41,372 nucleotides of DNA from the NCBI GenBank assembly GCA_051747805.1, contig JBNJGP010000013.1, forward strand, positions 1 through 41,372. The letters run 5' to 3'. This document shows positions 8,515-17,663 of the stretch, piece after piece. The first letter of the stretch is position 1; every line of letters starts with the position of its first letter. Under the pieces are notes generated by a model. That model did no database searches. It saw nothing but the letters and a program-made list of their open reading frames with translations, and was not told the origin of the DNA. Origin of the DNA: Candidatus Muiribacteriota bacterium (lineage in GTDB: Bacteria; Muiribacteriota; Muiribacteriia; Muiribacteriales; Muiribacteriaceae). Made by a program: the position numbers and the translations under genes.

Positions 8515-11121
8515 CTCCTGCTCATCATCAGGTAGTGTTATTATTTTATCAACATAGTTTAAATCTTCCTTATTCAGGTTTGAACACAGAAGAACTGTTA
8601 CAAAAGGGTTTTTTGATGATTTTATATAATTTAATGCCTTTTTCCAATTTCCAAGATCAAAACCTTTTGTTATAAAAATTTTTGCGGGTTTTAAATGATT
8701 AAAACTCTGAACAAATTTCTGAGTCTGATAATTAACTTTAAATGAATAGTCATATTTTTTCAATATTTCCAGGAAATCATTTGTGAGTTCAGAATAATCC
8801 CCCCCTATCAGTAATATTTTTTCATTTATTAAATTATTATCATTAATATTTTTTTTATTAAATATTTTTAACCTTTTTTTTAATTTAAAATTAAATTCAG
8901 TTTTTTTGTTTTTTTGGCTGAATAATTTTATTTTAGAGCCATGCATATGAAGAATTTTTTTGGATATGGCAAGTCCAAGACCAAGTCCCTGATATTTACG
9001 GGTTCTTGAATTATCAATCTGATAAAAAATATCAAAAATAGCCTCTTTCTGATTTTTATCAATACCAATACCATAGTCTCTGATAATTATTTCAACATCT
9101 TCTGCAGCTTCTTCTATATAAAATTCAACAAGTCCTCCTTTTTCTGAAAATTTAACTGCATTATCCAGCAGGCTTATCAAAACTTTTTTAATTCTATTTC
9201 TATCCGCCTCTATATAGCAGGTTTTCTGGTTAAAGTTGCTCTTTAACTGAATGTTTTTTGATTTAATTTTAATATTAAAATATTCAATAACTTCTTCCCC
9301 AAGTTCATAAATATTAAAATCTTCTATAGCAAGATGAACTTCTCTTAAATATAGTCTGGAATAGGACAGAAGGTCCTCAATTAAAAAATTAAGTTGATTA
9401 ATATTTTTATTTATAGTGTTTAAATATTTTTCCTGCTTTTTATTTACCGGCCCTGCAACTTTTTCAACAATAAGTTGAAGATATCCCATGACAGAAGCAA
9501 GAGGAGTACGAAATTCATGGGAAACATTTGATAAAAGTGTTGTTTTCATTTCATCCAGGGTTTTAAGCTCTTTATTAGCCTCTACTAGCTTATGATTAAG
9601 GTTTTCAATATGTTTTTCATATTTTTTCCTCTGAGATATATTTCTTGAAACTCCAAGCATTTCATAAAATTTACCTTTTTCATCAAAACTTACTTTTGCA
9701 GATATCTCAATCCAGAATGAATTATTATACTTATCAACCTGTTTAATTTCAAAGTTAAAAGTTCTGCTTTTATTATACATTGAAGCTGATTTTTCAAGCC
9801 TTCTAACTTCGCTGATAAAAGAATTAAAAAGTTCATTTGATTCCTGAGTAAAAACCAACTTTAAAGAAGATAAATTTTTAAATTCTTCTGATGTGTATCC
9901 GTAAAGTTCTTCACAAGACTGATTAATATAAATTAAATTAAATCCTGAATCTAACACCCATATAATATCCCTGGTATTTTCAACAATATATCTAATTCTT
10001 TTTTCTTCCTGTTCAACTTCTTCCAGCATATTATTAAGCTCTTTCTGAGTTATTTTACGATTTTCAATCTCATTTTTTAAAGTTAAAATTAGATTATTAA
10101 TCTCTACAGACATTTCATCAAAAGTTTTTTTCAGAGTAGTAATTTCATAGGAAGTCTGTTGAAGTTTCATTGGGCGGAATCGACCTGTTTCCTTGGCTTC
10201 ATTCATATATTTAATAAGTTTTTTAAGGGGCTCTATTATAAAGTCGCTTAATATCTGAGATACAATTATTATTAAAATTACAAGAACAAGACTTATTAAA
10301 AAAGCAGATTGAGTTAGCTCATGGTCAAAGTAATATATTTCAGGTAATTTAATTAAAACAAAATATTCCTCGTTCGGGTCTGTTGAAAAATAAAATTGAG
10401 AATCATTTTCTACTTTCTTTTTTTTTAGATTTAAATTTTTAATAATTGATTTTTGTTTATAATCATCCATATTTCTCTGAAAAACCACATTTTTTTCTCT
10501 GTTTAAAACCAGGAATTTAAAATCTTTAATCATAAATTCAATTTCATCAAAAAGCTTATTAATACCTTTTCTATCAATTTCATCTTCTTCCTTTAATTTT
10601 TTATAAAAACCATTGAGACGATTATCCACTATTGATTGATTTTTTAATCTAAAAGCTTCTTCTAAACTTATTTCTGTAATAATTGAGAAAAAAACAAGCG
10701 GTATAATAGATAAAAATATTAAACTTGTAAGAATTTTAATTTTTAAAGTCGTAGTTTTTGTAAATAATATTTTAAAAAATAAATATGAAATAAGGAAAAA
10801 AGTAAAAACGGGTATATAAACATTAATAAATTTAGATGAAAAAATTTCAATACTATTAATTTTAGAAAAAGAAGTTATGCAGTAAATTAATAAATTATAA
10901 AATGTTAAAAAAATTACGGCTTTAACTAAATTATTTTTAAAAGTAAGCACGCAACAGAATGCAACAAGTATAAAATCAAGAAAAGTAGAATATATTGGTC
11001 CGGTTTCAATAAAAAAAGCTTTAAAAATATAAATAAAAGTAAAAAAAAATAAAATATATTTCCAGTTTTTATCAATTTGGGTTAAAGGATTTTTTTTAAA
11101 GATTTTAATTGTCATATTCAT
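8497..11121 (-). CDS. Membrane sensor histidine kinase (multi-TM, HAMP, PAS, HisKA, HATPase, degenerate C-terminal receiver-like domain)
   Basis: SHEFRTPL H-box, LLDNAVKF N-box, DYGIGI, FYQ, GLGLGLAI; PAS (IVENTRDIIW..YIN...ELYGY); HAMP (EPLKKL..YEI..L...FDEM). Confidence 0.92.
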   Translation of the reverse strand: MNMTIKIFKKNPLTQIDKNWKYILFFFTFIYIFKAFFIETGPIYSTFLDFILVAFCCVLTFKNNLVKAVIFLTFYNLLIYCITSFSKINSIEIFSSKFINVYIPVFTFFLISYLFFKILFTKTTTLKIKILTSLIFLSIIPLVFFSIITEISLEEAFRLKNQSIVDNRLNGFYKKLKEEDEIDRKGINKLFDEIEFMIKDFKFLVLNREKNVVFQRNMDDYKQKSIIKNLNLKKKKVENDSQFYFSTDPNEEYFVLIKLPEIYYFDHELTQSAFLISLVLVILIIIVSQILSDFIIEPLKKLIKYMNEAKETGRFRPMKLQQTSYEITTLKKTFDEMSVEINNLILTLKNEIENRKITQKELNNMLEEVEQEEKRIRYIVENTRDIIWVLDSGFNLIYINQSCEELYGYTSEEFKNLSSLKLVFTQESNELFNSFISEVRRLEKSASMYNKSRTFNFEIKQVDKYNNSFWIEISAKVSFDEKGKFYEMLGVSRNISQRKKYEKHIENLNHKLVEANKELKTLDEMKTTLLSNVSHEFRTPLASVMGYLQLIVEKVAGPVNKKQEKYLNTINKNINQLNFLIEDLLSYSRLYLREVHLAIEDFNIYELGEEVIEYFNIKIKSKNIQLKSNFNQKTCYIEADRNRIKKVLISLLDNAVKFSEKGGLVEFYIEEAAEDVEIIIRDYGIGIDKNQKEAIFDIFYQIDNSRTRKYQGLGLGLAISKKILHMHGSKIKLFSQKNKKTEFNFKLKKRLKIFNKKNINDNNLINEKILLIGGDYSELTNDFLEILKKYDYSFKVNYQTQKFVQSFNHLKPAKIFITKGFDLGNWKKALNYIKSSKNPFVTVLLCSNLNKEDLNYVDKIITLPDDEQELKKIL

Positions 11122-11194
11122 AGAATATAACTGAATTTTTTAAAATAACCAACTGGTTGATTATTAAAATAATTGTAATTTACTCAGTTTTTTT

Positions 11195-12310
11195 TTAATT
11201 TAATCCAGTTTCTTTTAATTTTTGAATAAAATTATTTTTAAAAGTCAGCTTTTCTTCTTTAGATAATCCCCAAGCTGTATCAATTGAATTAAAGACAGTT
11301 TGCCTTGCAGTTTCCCATCCATAAGTCTGCCAGGTAAAATAAAGGGAATAAACCATATCCCCATAAGGCCACATTGCCGGGTCGTCTGGATTAACTGTAA
11401 CTTTAACTCCTTCTTTAACAAGCACATCCAGATTATGGTAATCCATTGGATAATTAAATAAAATATGATTACTTAATGGATTAGATTCAATTCTTACATT
11501 ATTTTTCCTGACAAGTTCAAAAAGGTCATGTTGTTTATAATATCTTTTAAAAAGTGGTATGGCATGACCTAAACCATCTGCCCTTAAAAGAGTAAGCGAG
11601 GTATATATATTTTTTAAATTTTCTTCTTCTGAACACATCTCGCCAGCATGAACAGTACGTTTTAATGAGGTGTCAAACGTCAGCTTAAAAGCTTCATAAT
11701 GTTTTTCCGGAGGATTGCCTCTCTCTTCAGTAGCAAGATCAATTCCTAAAATTTTTTCCTCATAATTAAGTACAGCTTCAACTACTTTTTTTGTTTTTTG
11801 AACCGAAGCCTCTCTTCCAAGTGAAATTATCAACCCGACTTTCACTCCGGTTTCTTCATAACCTGCCTCAAATCCCTCTAAAGCATATCCAAGTATTTCA
11901 TCATAACTTAATCCAAGTTGTTTATGATACTGAGGCGCAAATCTAGTTTCAGCGTATGGAATGTTATGCTCTTTTAAATATTTACAGTGTGCTTTTGCCA
12001 TTTGAATTAAATCTTCTTTTGTCTGCATAAAACTAACTGGAAAATAAAAAACATCAACTATATGATATGTATTTAAATCCATAAAGAAATTTTTAAGTTT
12101 GTCAACTGAGTTAATTATTTTTTCTTCTTCGTTTTTATAGTGAATTATATTTCGCTCTCTATCTTTTTCAGGATAATAAAGAGTAATTCCCTTTTTTTTA
12201 GACCTTTCAAAAATATCCCTGGCAGGTATAGATCCATCCCAGTGCAGATGGAGAGGAAACAGGGGAAGTTTTTTAAGTTTATTTAAAAATACTTTATCTT
12301 TTATCTGCAT
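11195..12310 (-). CDS. add: Adenosine/adenine deaminase family protein
   Basis: HLHWDGS, YAETRFAP, GIDLA.EE, TVHAGE, GHA, NPDDP. Start placed at ATG 12310, which follows an AGGAG RBS. Confidence 0.85.
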   Translation of the reverse strand: MQIKDKVFLNKLKKLPLFPLHLHWDGSIPARDIFERSKKKGITLYYPEKDRERNIIHYKNEEEKIINSVDKLKNFFMDLNTYHIVDVFYFPVSFMQTKEDLIQMAKAHCKYLKEHNIPYAETRFAPQYHKQLGLSYDEILGYALEGFEAGYEETGVKVGLIISLGREASVQKTKKVVEAVLNYEEKILGIDLATEERGNPPEKHYEAFKLTFDTSLKRTVHAGEMCSEEENLKNIYTSLTLLRADGLGHAIPLFKRYYKQHDLFELVRKNNVRIESNPLSNHILFNYPMDYHNLDVLVKEGVKVTVNPDDPAMWPYGDMVYSLYFTWQTYGWETARQTVFNSIDTAWGLSKEEKLTFKNNFIQKLKETGLN

Positions 12311-12327
12311 ATAATCTCCTGTATAAA

Positions 12328-12561
12328 TTACTTTTTCAGTCCGGGAAGAACAGCCTTTTTCTGCCAGCATGTCCAGCAGAGAATAATGCAGTTTCTGGGA
12401 GTATCCGGTCCAACAACTAAACCATTTTTAGCAAAAGTGTTCCAGGCTCCTCTGGCATAAGATTTGTTCATACTTGTAAAAATTAATTTTTTAGAACAGC
12501 TTTCACAGCGACCGCCTGCCCTTTTCCATGACTTTTCTATTGTATCCATCGTAAATTTCAT
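12328..12561 (-). CDS. Small zinc-binding HNH-like protein, apparently degenerate
   Basis: W.RAGGRCESC...GAW......G.DT..NC.ILC..C pattern of small HNH proteins; two CxxC pairs; no His residues. Confidence 0.6.
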   Translation of the reverse strand: MKFTMDTIEKSWKRAGGRCESCSKKLIFTSMNKSYARGAWNTFAKNGLVVGPDTPRNCIILCWTCWQKKAVLPGLKK

Positions 12562-12609
12562 ATTTTTATTATATCATATTTTTTATTTAAATAAAAAATA
12601 AAAAAATCC

Positions 12610-12638
12610 TTGACAATGTAATAAATCGTAGTTATTAT
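12610..12638 (+). promoter_or_regulatory. Sigma70-type promoter of the cold-shock gene
   Basis: TTGACA (12610-12615), 17-bp spacer, TATTAT (12633-12638), A-rich upstream tract. Confidence 0.75.
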
Positions 12639-12643
12639 TATTA

Positions 12644-12728
12644 TGTTGTTTTAAGGTTCGAGTTACAGGATACAAAGGATATGAGATTCATACCATTGTT
12701 CCCTCTTCGAAACACCCTTAAAGTAACA
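12644..12728 (+). promoter_or_regulatory. Structured 5' UTR of csp mRNA (rod-like hairpin, candidate thermosensor/stability element)
   Basis: 12644-12656 pairs with 12716-12728 (13 bp, two G-U); TTCGA/TCGAA, GGA/TCC, ACAA/TTGT, GG/CC and TATGA/TCATA nest inside. Confidence 0.6.
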
Positions 12729-12753
12729 AATTAATAATATTCCGGAGGGAAAA

Positions 12754-12951
12754 ATGAACGGTACAGTAAAATGGTTCAACGATGCTAAAGGTTATGGTTT
12801 CATAACTGGTGAAGACGGAAAAGATGTTTTCGTACATTTCAAAGCTATTCAAGGTGACGGTTTCAAAACTTTAACTGAAGGTCAAACTGTTACTTATGAA
12901 GTTGAAGAAGGACAAAAAGGTCTTCAAGCTGTAAACGTTGAAAAAGAATAG
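12754..12951 (+). CDS. cspA: Cold-shock protein
   Basis: GTVKWFN..KGYGFI, DVFVHF, GFKTL.EGQ; GGAGG RBS. Paralog name is not resolvable from sequence. Confidence 0.97.
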   Translation: MNGTVKWFNDAKGYGFITGEDGKDVFVHFKAIQGDGFKTLTEGQTVTYEVEEGQKGLQAVNVEKE

Positions 12952-12983
12952 TTTAATTTTTAATAATTAAATCAAAAATTTAT

Positions 12984-13013
12984 AAAGCTGGTAATTAATT
13001 ACCAGCTTTTTTT
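12984..13013. terminator. Intrinsic terminator between convergent csp and macB, possibly bidirectional
   Basis: Perfect 26-bp palindrome aaagctggtaattaattaccagcttt followed by a T-run on the plus strand. Confidence 0.85.
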
Positions 13014-13014
13014 A

Positions 13015-14979
13015 TTATTCATATCTAAGCGCATCTATTGGGTTAAGTTTTGATGCTTTTCTAGCCGGATAAAATCCAAAAAATAACCCAACGCATGTTG
13101 AAAAAACAAAGGCTAAAATAATACTTTCTTTTGACACAACAGTATTCCAGTCTGCCAGCGTGCTTATAAGATGACCTATTCCAATTCCAACACCAATCCC
13201 TATAATACCACCGGTTATAGAAACAAAAATAGCCTCAATTAAAAACTGCATTAAAATATCAACCTGTCTGGCACCAATTGCTTTTCTAATACCAATTTCC
13301 CGGGTTCTTTCAGTAACAGAAACCAGCATAATATTCATAATTCCAATTCCACCCACAACAAGCGATATAATTGCAATTCCACCAAGTAGATAAGTAAATG
13401 CCATCATTGCCTCACCAACATTTTCAAGTATTTCAGCCTGTGTGCGAATCGTAAAGTCATTTTCCTGATCAGCCCTTAAATTATGTTCATATCTTAAAAT
13501 TTTTTCTATACCTCCAATAGCCTGATGGACAAAATCATTTGAAATAATACTTGCATTAATAGAAGAAACATAATCAACACCCAAAAGACGTTTTTGAGCA
13601 GTTAACAGAGGAATAACAACAATATCATCTTCATCCCTCCAGCCTGTTGACCCTTTTGAGGCAAAAACTCCTTTTATCTGAAACTGATGATTCCCAACTC
13701 TTATAAACTCACCAATCGGGTCATAATTATCGGTAAAAAGTTCTTTATAAACAGTTTGGCCAATTACGGCAACTCTTTCCATTCTTTTATTTTCTTCCTG
13801 AGTAAAAAAAGTTCCTCTTTCAACTTCCCAGTTTCTAACATATGGAAAATTAACAGTAACTCCATTAATACTGGTGTTTGTATTTTTATTTCCAAAAATA
13901 ACCTGACTATTTTGCGAAATATTCGCATCAGCTTTTTCAACCAAGGGAGATAATTCCTGTATTGCCTCCATATCCGAGTATTTCAGCACTTTCTGCGTAG
14001 CAGCACCACCACGCACCGGCCCCCTTTTACTGAGGCCGGGAGTTATTGTAACTAGATTAGCTCCCATGCTGCTGATATTTTGCGTCACATCCTGACTTGC
14101 CCCTTCTGTAATAGACACTACTCCTATAACACTGGCAACTCCGATAATAACACCGAGCATTGTAAGAAAGCTTCTTAATTTATTAGAAAAAATTGAATAA
14201 ACTGCCATTGAAATATTTTCAATAATTTCAGAAGGTGTTAAAAAAACACCCTTACCCTTTTTTTTCTTTATATAGGACTTATCCTGATTTTCTTCTTCCT
14301 CTTTTTTAGAAATTTTTCTTCTGTCATCTATAATTTCACCATCTTTTAATTCAATTACTCTATGGGCATAAGAAGCAACTTCCGGGTCATGTGTAACCAT
14401 AATAATTGTAATACCATGACTGTTTAACTCCAGAATCAGATTCATTATTTCCTTGCCCGTCTTTGAATCAAGGGCACCTGTAGGTTCATCTGCAAGAATA
14501 AGACCGGGTTTGTTAACAAGCGCGCGGGCAATTGCCACTCTCTGCTGCTGTCCGCCCGAAAGCTCTCTGGGTTTATGATGACTTCTATCAGTTAAGTCAA
14601 CTTTTTGAAGTGCTTCTTTGACAAGTTCTTTACGATTCTTTTTTCCAGAATAAATAATAGGCAGTTCAACATTGTCAGCAGCTGATAAATTAGGAAGAAG
14701 GTTAAATGATTGAAAAACAAAACCTATTTTTTCATTACGGAGAGAGGCAAGTTTATTATCAGTCATTTTTGTTGAATCAGAATCATCAATAATATACTTT
14801 CCTTCACTCGGGACATCAAGAAAACCAATAATATTCATTAAAGTAGATTTTCCTGAACCCGACGGTCCCATAATGGCAACCAGTTCACCATCATCTATTT
14901 CTATGTTTACATTTTTTAACGCATCCAGTGTATGTTCGCCCATATGATATGTTTTTTTAATATCTTGCAGTTTTATCAT
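13015..14979 (-). CDS. macB: MacB-type ABC transporter, fused ATPase and permease
   Basis: [76 protein letters not shown]. Confidence 0.95.
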   Translation of the reverse strand: MIKLQDIKKTYHMGEHTLDALKNVNIEIDDGELVAIMGPSGSGKSTLMNIIGFLDVPSEGKYIIDDSDSTKMTDNKLASLRNEKIGFVFQSFNLLPNLSAADNVELPIIYSGKKNRKELVKEALQKVDLTDRSHHKPRELSGGQQQRVAIARALVNKPGLILADEPTGALDSKTGKEIMNLILELNSHGITIIMVTHDPEVASYAHRVIELKDGEIIDDRRKISKKEEEENQDKSYIKKKKGKGVFLTPSEIIENISMAVYSIFSNKLRSFLTMLGVIIGVASVIGVVSITEGASQDVTQNISSMGANLVTITPGLSKRGPVRGGAATQKVLKYSDMEAIQELSPLVEKADANISQNSQVIFGNKNTNTSINGVTVNFPYVRNWEVERGTFFTQEENKRMERVAVIGQTVYKELFTDNYDPIGEFIRVGNHQFQIKGVFASKGSTGWRDEDDIVVIPLLTAQKRLLGVDYVSSINASIISNDFVHQAIGGIEKILRYEHNLRADQENDFTIRTQAEILENVGEAMMAFTYLLGGIAIISLVVGGIGIMNIMLVSVTERTREIGIRKAIGARQVDILMQFLIEAIFVSITGGIIGIGVGIGIGHLISTLADWNTVVSKESIILAFVFSTCVGLFFGFYPARKASKLNPIDALRYE

Positions 14980-16010
14980 AAACGCATCCTCATACCTCTT
15001 TTTGAGTTATCATCATCAAGGGATTCTCCAGGAACTAATGTGCCGGTAACAACCTCATCCCCCTCTTCTAAACCAGAAATAACTTCTATCATTCTGCCAT
15101 CTGTAATACCTGTGAAAATCTTCTTTTCTACAAGCTCGTCATTTTCTAACACTCTTATACCTGCTGGAGTTCCACGTTTATTTTTATTATTATCCCCTTT
15201 GCTTTTGCCGTCGCGTGGTAACTGGACTAATGCACTTCTTGGTACAGTTAAAATGTTTTTTTTCTGTTCAATTATAAACTCAACGTTTGCAGTCATACCG
15301 GGCGCCCAGTGACCAGGTAGGCTTTCAGGCTCAATATCAATACCGTAAACAACAACATCTGAAATTCTTCTGCCTTCTCTCGCTATTCTTGAAACTTCAC
15401 TTCTAATTCTTTCATCTGGATAGGCATCAAGAACAATTACAGCCTCAAGGCCCTTTTTAATTTTTGCAATATCTACTTCATCTACATCAACCTTTGCAAT
15501 CAATCTGTCGGCAAGTACAAATAATTCTGAATTAGGGTCAATATTCTGCCCCGGTTCAACAGATCGTTGAATAATTTCACCATCTATTGAGGAGGTTATT
15601 GAAACAGTTTTATATGCGTTTTCTGCAATCTGGAAAGCCTCACGGGCATTTTGAATTCTTGAAGTGTTTTCGCTTTCATATGCTGTTTCAAGCTGAGCTT
15701 TTGCTGCATCTAAAAGAGAGTTTCTTTCATCACCAGATATTACTGCAAGAATATCCCCTCTCTCAACAAAATCCCCTTCTTTTGCCCTGACTTCTTCAAC
15801 ACGCCCTCTGATTCCTCCTGTAACTGAAACTCTAGTAAAAGGTTTTAATGCGCCGGTTGATAAAACTTTAATTGTTATATTACCTCTTGAAACCGTATGT
15901 GTTAAATAACTATCTTCTTTAGCAGAAGCTGCTTCTTTTCGATAACGATAATATCTGTATCCACCAAAAATAATAGCTGCAATCAATATTATGACAATAA
16001 TTTTTTTCAT
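14976..16010 (-). CDS. macA: MacA-type periplasmic adaptor (membrane fusion protein)
   Basis: N-terminal TM, biotinyl-like halves (G.V..V..KEGD.V..GD.LA; ITS.IDG.I), VDEVDI.KI..G, PGMTA.V; lies between tolC-like and macB genes with overlapping stop/start codons. Confidence 0.9.
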   Translation of the reverse strand: MKKIIVIILIAAIIFGGYRYYRYRKEAASAKEDSYLTHTVSRGNITIKVLSTGALKPFTRVSVTGGIRGRVEEVRAKEGDFVERGDILAVISGDERNSLLDAAKAQLETAYESENTSRIQNAREAFQIAENAYKTVSITSSIDGEIIQRSVEPGQNIDPNSELFVLADRLIAKVDVDEVDIAKIKKGLEAVIVLDAYPDERIRSEVSRIAREGRRISDVVVYGIDIEPESLPGHWAPGMTANVEFIIEQKKNILTVPRSALVQLPRDGKSKGDNNKNKRGTPAGIRVLENDELVEKKIFTGITDGRMIEVISGLEEGDEVVTGTLVPGESLDDDNSKRGMRMRL

Positions 16011-17272
16011 AATGTACTCCTTCCTAATGTCTGAATTAGTCTTAGTCCCTGAAGTTTTAAATTAAAGAGAGCATTAACATGGCTGTATTCGGCCGATGTA
16101 AGTTCTGATTCTTTCTGCTGTAAAAAAAAGTAAGTTGTATCACCCTGCTCGTATTGGAGTTGTGTTAGCGTATAAATATCGTGGCTCGATTTCAACTTCT
16201 GTTTGGAAAGTTGCAGCTGGCGCTTTGATAAATCATAGCTGGTCATTGCCCTTTTTAAATTATTTTTCAAGTCCACAGTAAGACTTTCTAATGAGTCCTT
16301 TCTCTGATTTATGTTAATTTTTAATTCATTGAATTTATTATCATCCTGACCACCATCATATAAACTTCTGCTTATGCTGTAAGTAAGCCCTATATTATAA
16401 GAATGATTTCTAAAAGGCTCTGAACCAGATAATTGATTTGTCCATGCAGCGTCAAGCTCACCACTATCTTTAATTTCTTCCTGTTTATAATTAAGTTCTG
16501 CCAACTTTAAATCAATTTCTGCATTTAAAATATCTGCACGATTTTTTAAGGCAATATTCAATAATTTTTTATAATCATCATTAAATTCCATCTCATTGTA
16601 TATTTCATCTTCATCAATTTCATAAATATCATATAAATCACGGTTAAGTAAAATATTTAATTCAAAAAAAGCATCCTCAATTTCAGTTTTTGAAGAATGT
16701 AACTTAAACTCAGCATCAGCTAAATTAGTTTCGCTTTCATGAACTGCCTGCAGATTTTCACGACCCGCTTCATATTTTAATCTAATAAGGGCAAGGTCAC
16801 GTTTTCTACGTTCATAAATAGATTCACTAACTTTTAAAGCTTCTTTTTTTTGAATAATTTTATAATAAGCTTCTTTAACGCTATTTTTTATATCAAGTTT
16901 TAACTTATTATGATTATTCAACTGTTTTTGATAATTTTTATGGGCTCTTTCAACTTTTAAATCATGTTTACCTCCATCTAAAATATTATATCTTAAAGAT
17001 AGAGAGGTTGAATATGAATCTGAAAAATTTGTTCCTTTCCTCTGAGAAATTGAGGCAGTTTGACTAATATCTGCACTCGGTTCAGAACCAGCCTTTGTAG
17101 ATTCTAAAGATAATTTGCTCATTTCTAATGACTGCCTGCTCTGAATTATACGGGTATTATTTTTTAATGCTTCTTCTATTGCATTATCCAAGGTTAATCT
17201 TGGATTATCCGCCCTGGTAAATAAAAAAAATAAGAAAATTAAAATAAAAAAATAAACTTTTTTTTTGATCAA
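16007..17272 (-). CDS. TolC-family outer membrane efflux protein
   Basis: Signal peptide, LTL..AI..AL.NN, two repeats with L.DGG and Y..G motifs; TTG start behind GGAGG. Confidence 0.88.
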   Translation of the reverse strand: MIKKKVYFFILIFLFFLFTRADNPRLTLDNAIEEALKNNTRIIQSRQSLEMSKLSLESTKAGSEPSADISQTASISQRKGTNFSDSYSTSLSLRYNILDGGKHDLKVERAHKNYQKQLNNHNKLKLDIKNSVKEAYYKIIQKKEALKVSESIYERRKRDLALIRLKYEAGRENLQAVHESETNLADAEFKLHSSKTEIEDAFFELNILLNRDLYDIYEIDEDEIYNEMEFNDDYKKLLNIALKNRADILNAEIDLKLAELNYKQEEIKDSGELDAAWTNQLSGSEPFRNHSYNIGLTYSISRSLYDGGQDDNKFNELKININQRKDSLESLTVDLKNNLKRAMTSYDLSKRQLQLSKQKLKSSHDIYTLTQLQYEQGDTTYFFLQQKESELTSAEYSHVNALFNLKLQGLRLIQTLGRSTL

Positions 17273-17367
17273 ATTATACCTCCAAAATTTATGTGTCTAA
17301 TATTATATTTTATATTAATCAAATTTTTACTAATATGCAATATTTATACCATTAATATATAAAAATG

Positions 17368-17494
17368 CAGCAATTCTCAATTTAGCCGAAAATCCTTTAG
17401 TGGTCAGGCCTACACACTTTGCTTTTTCGCAAAGTGATGTCGGCGCTGACCCCATCAAATCAAGGATTTTCTCTATTTTCATTGAGAATTGCTG
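17368..17494. mobile_element. MITE-like hairpin element (127 bp) with 14-bp terminal inverted repeats and 9-bp flanking direct repeat
   Basis: CAGCAATTCTCAAT (17368-17381) / ATTGAGAATTGCTG (17481-17494); ATAAAAATG on both sides (17359-17367, 17495-17503); nested internal inverted repeats. Confidence 0.8.
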
Positions 17495-17612
17495 ATAAAA
17501 ATGTGACCAAAAAGCGGTCAATTGTTGTGATAGCAACAATAACCGCTCTAAAATATTCGTCAAAAATCTGACAGTATAAATTGAAATTTTTGACGTTATT
17601 GGAATTAGAAAT

Positions 17613-17644
17613 AAAAAAAGGAGCCTAATATTCAGACTCCTTTT
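17613..17644 (-). terminator. Intrinsic terminator of the peptide ABC operon
   Basis: Minus strand AAAAGGAGTCTGA-ATA-TTAGGCTCC-TTTTTTT, 20 bp after the oppF-like stop; G-U pairs only work on the minus strand. Confidence 0.8.
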
Positions 17645-17663
17645 ATATAAAAATAGAATATTC

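Noticed and set aside
11144..11165. Hairpin aataaccaac-tg-gttgattatt as a terminator
   Set aside because: Weak AT-rich stem with a mismatch; cannot be distinguished from chance or an operator.
11195..12310. Adenosine deaminase as RADAR or CRISPR-associated defence effector
   Set aside because: Ordinary ~370-aa size, no fused sensor domain and no adjacent AAA+ ATPase or cas genes.
12311..12370. N-terminal extension of the deaminase given in the ORF track
   Set aside because: It overlaps the upstream small ORF; ATG 12310 has a proper RBS.
17400..17453. Repeat core as a c-di-GMP-I riboswitch, SRP RNA, 6S RNA or known ribozyme
   Set aside because: It lacks the GGCAAAC/GCAAAG P2 pattern, the SRP GGAA loop with AGCAG, and recognisable ribozyme cores; it occurs in several copies and both orientations. 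An Rfam scan is still needed.
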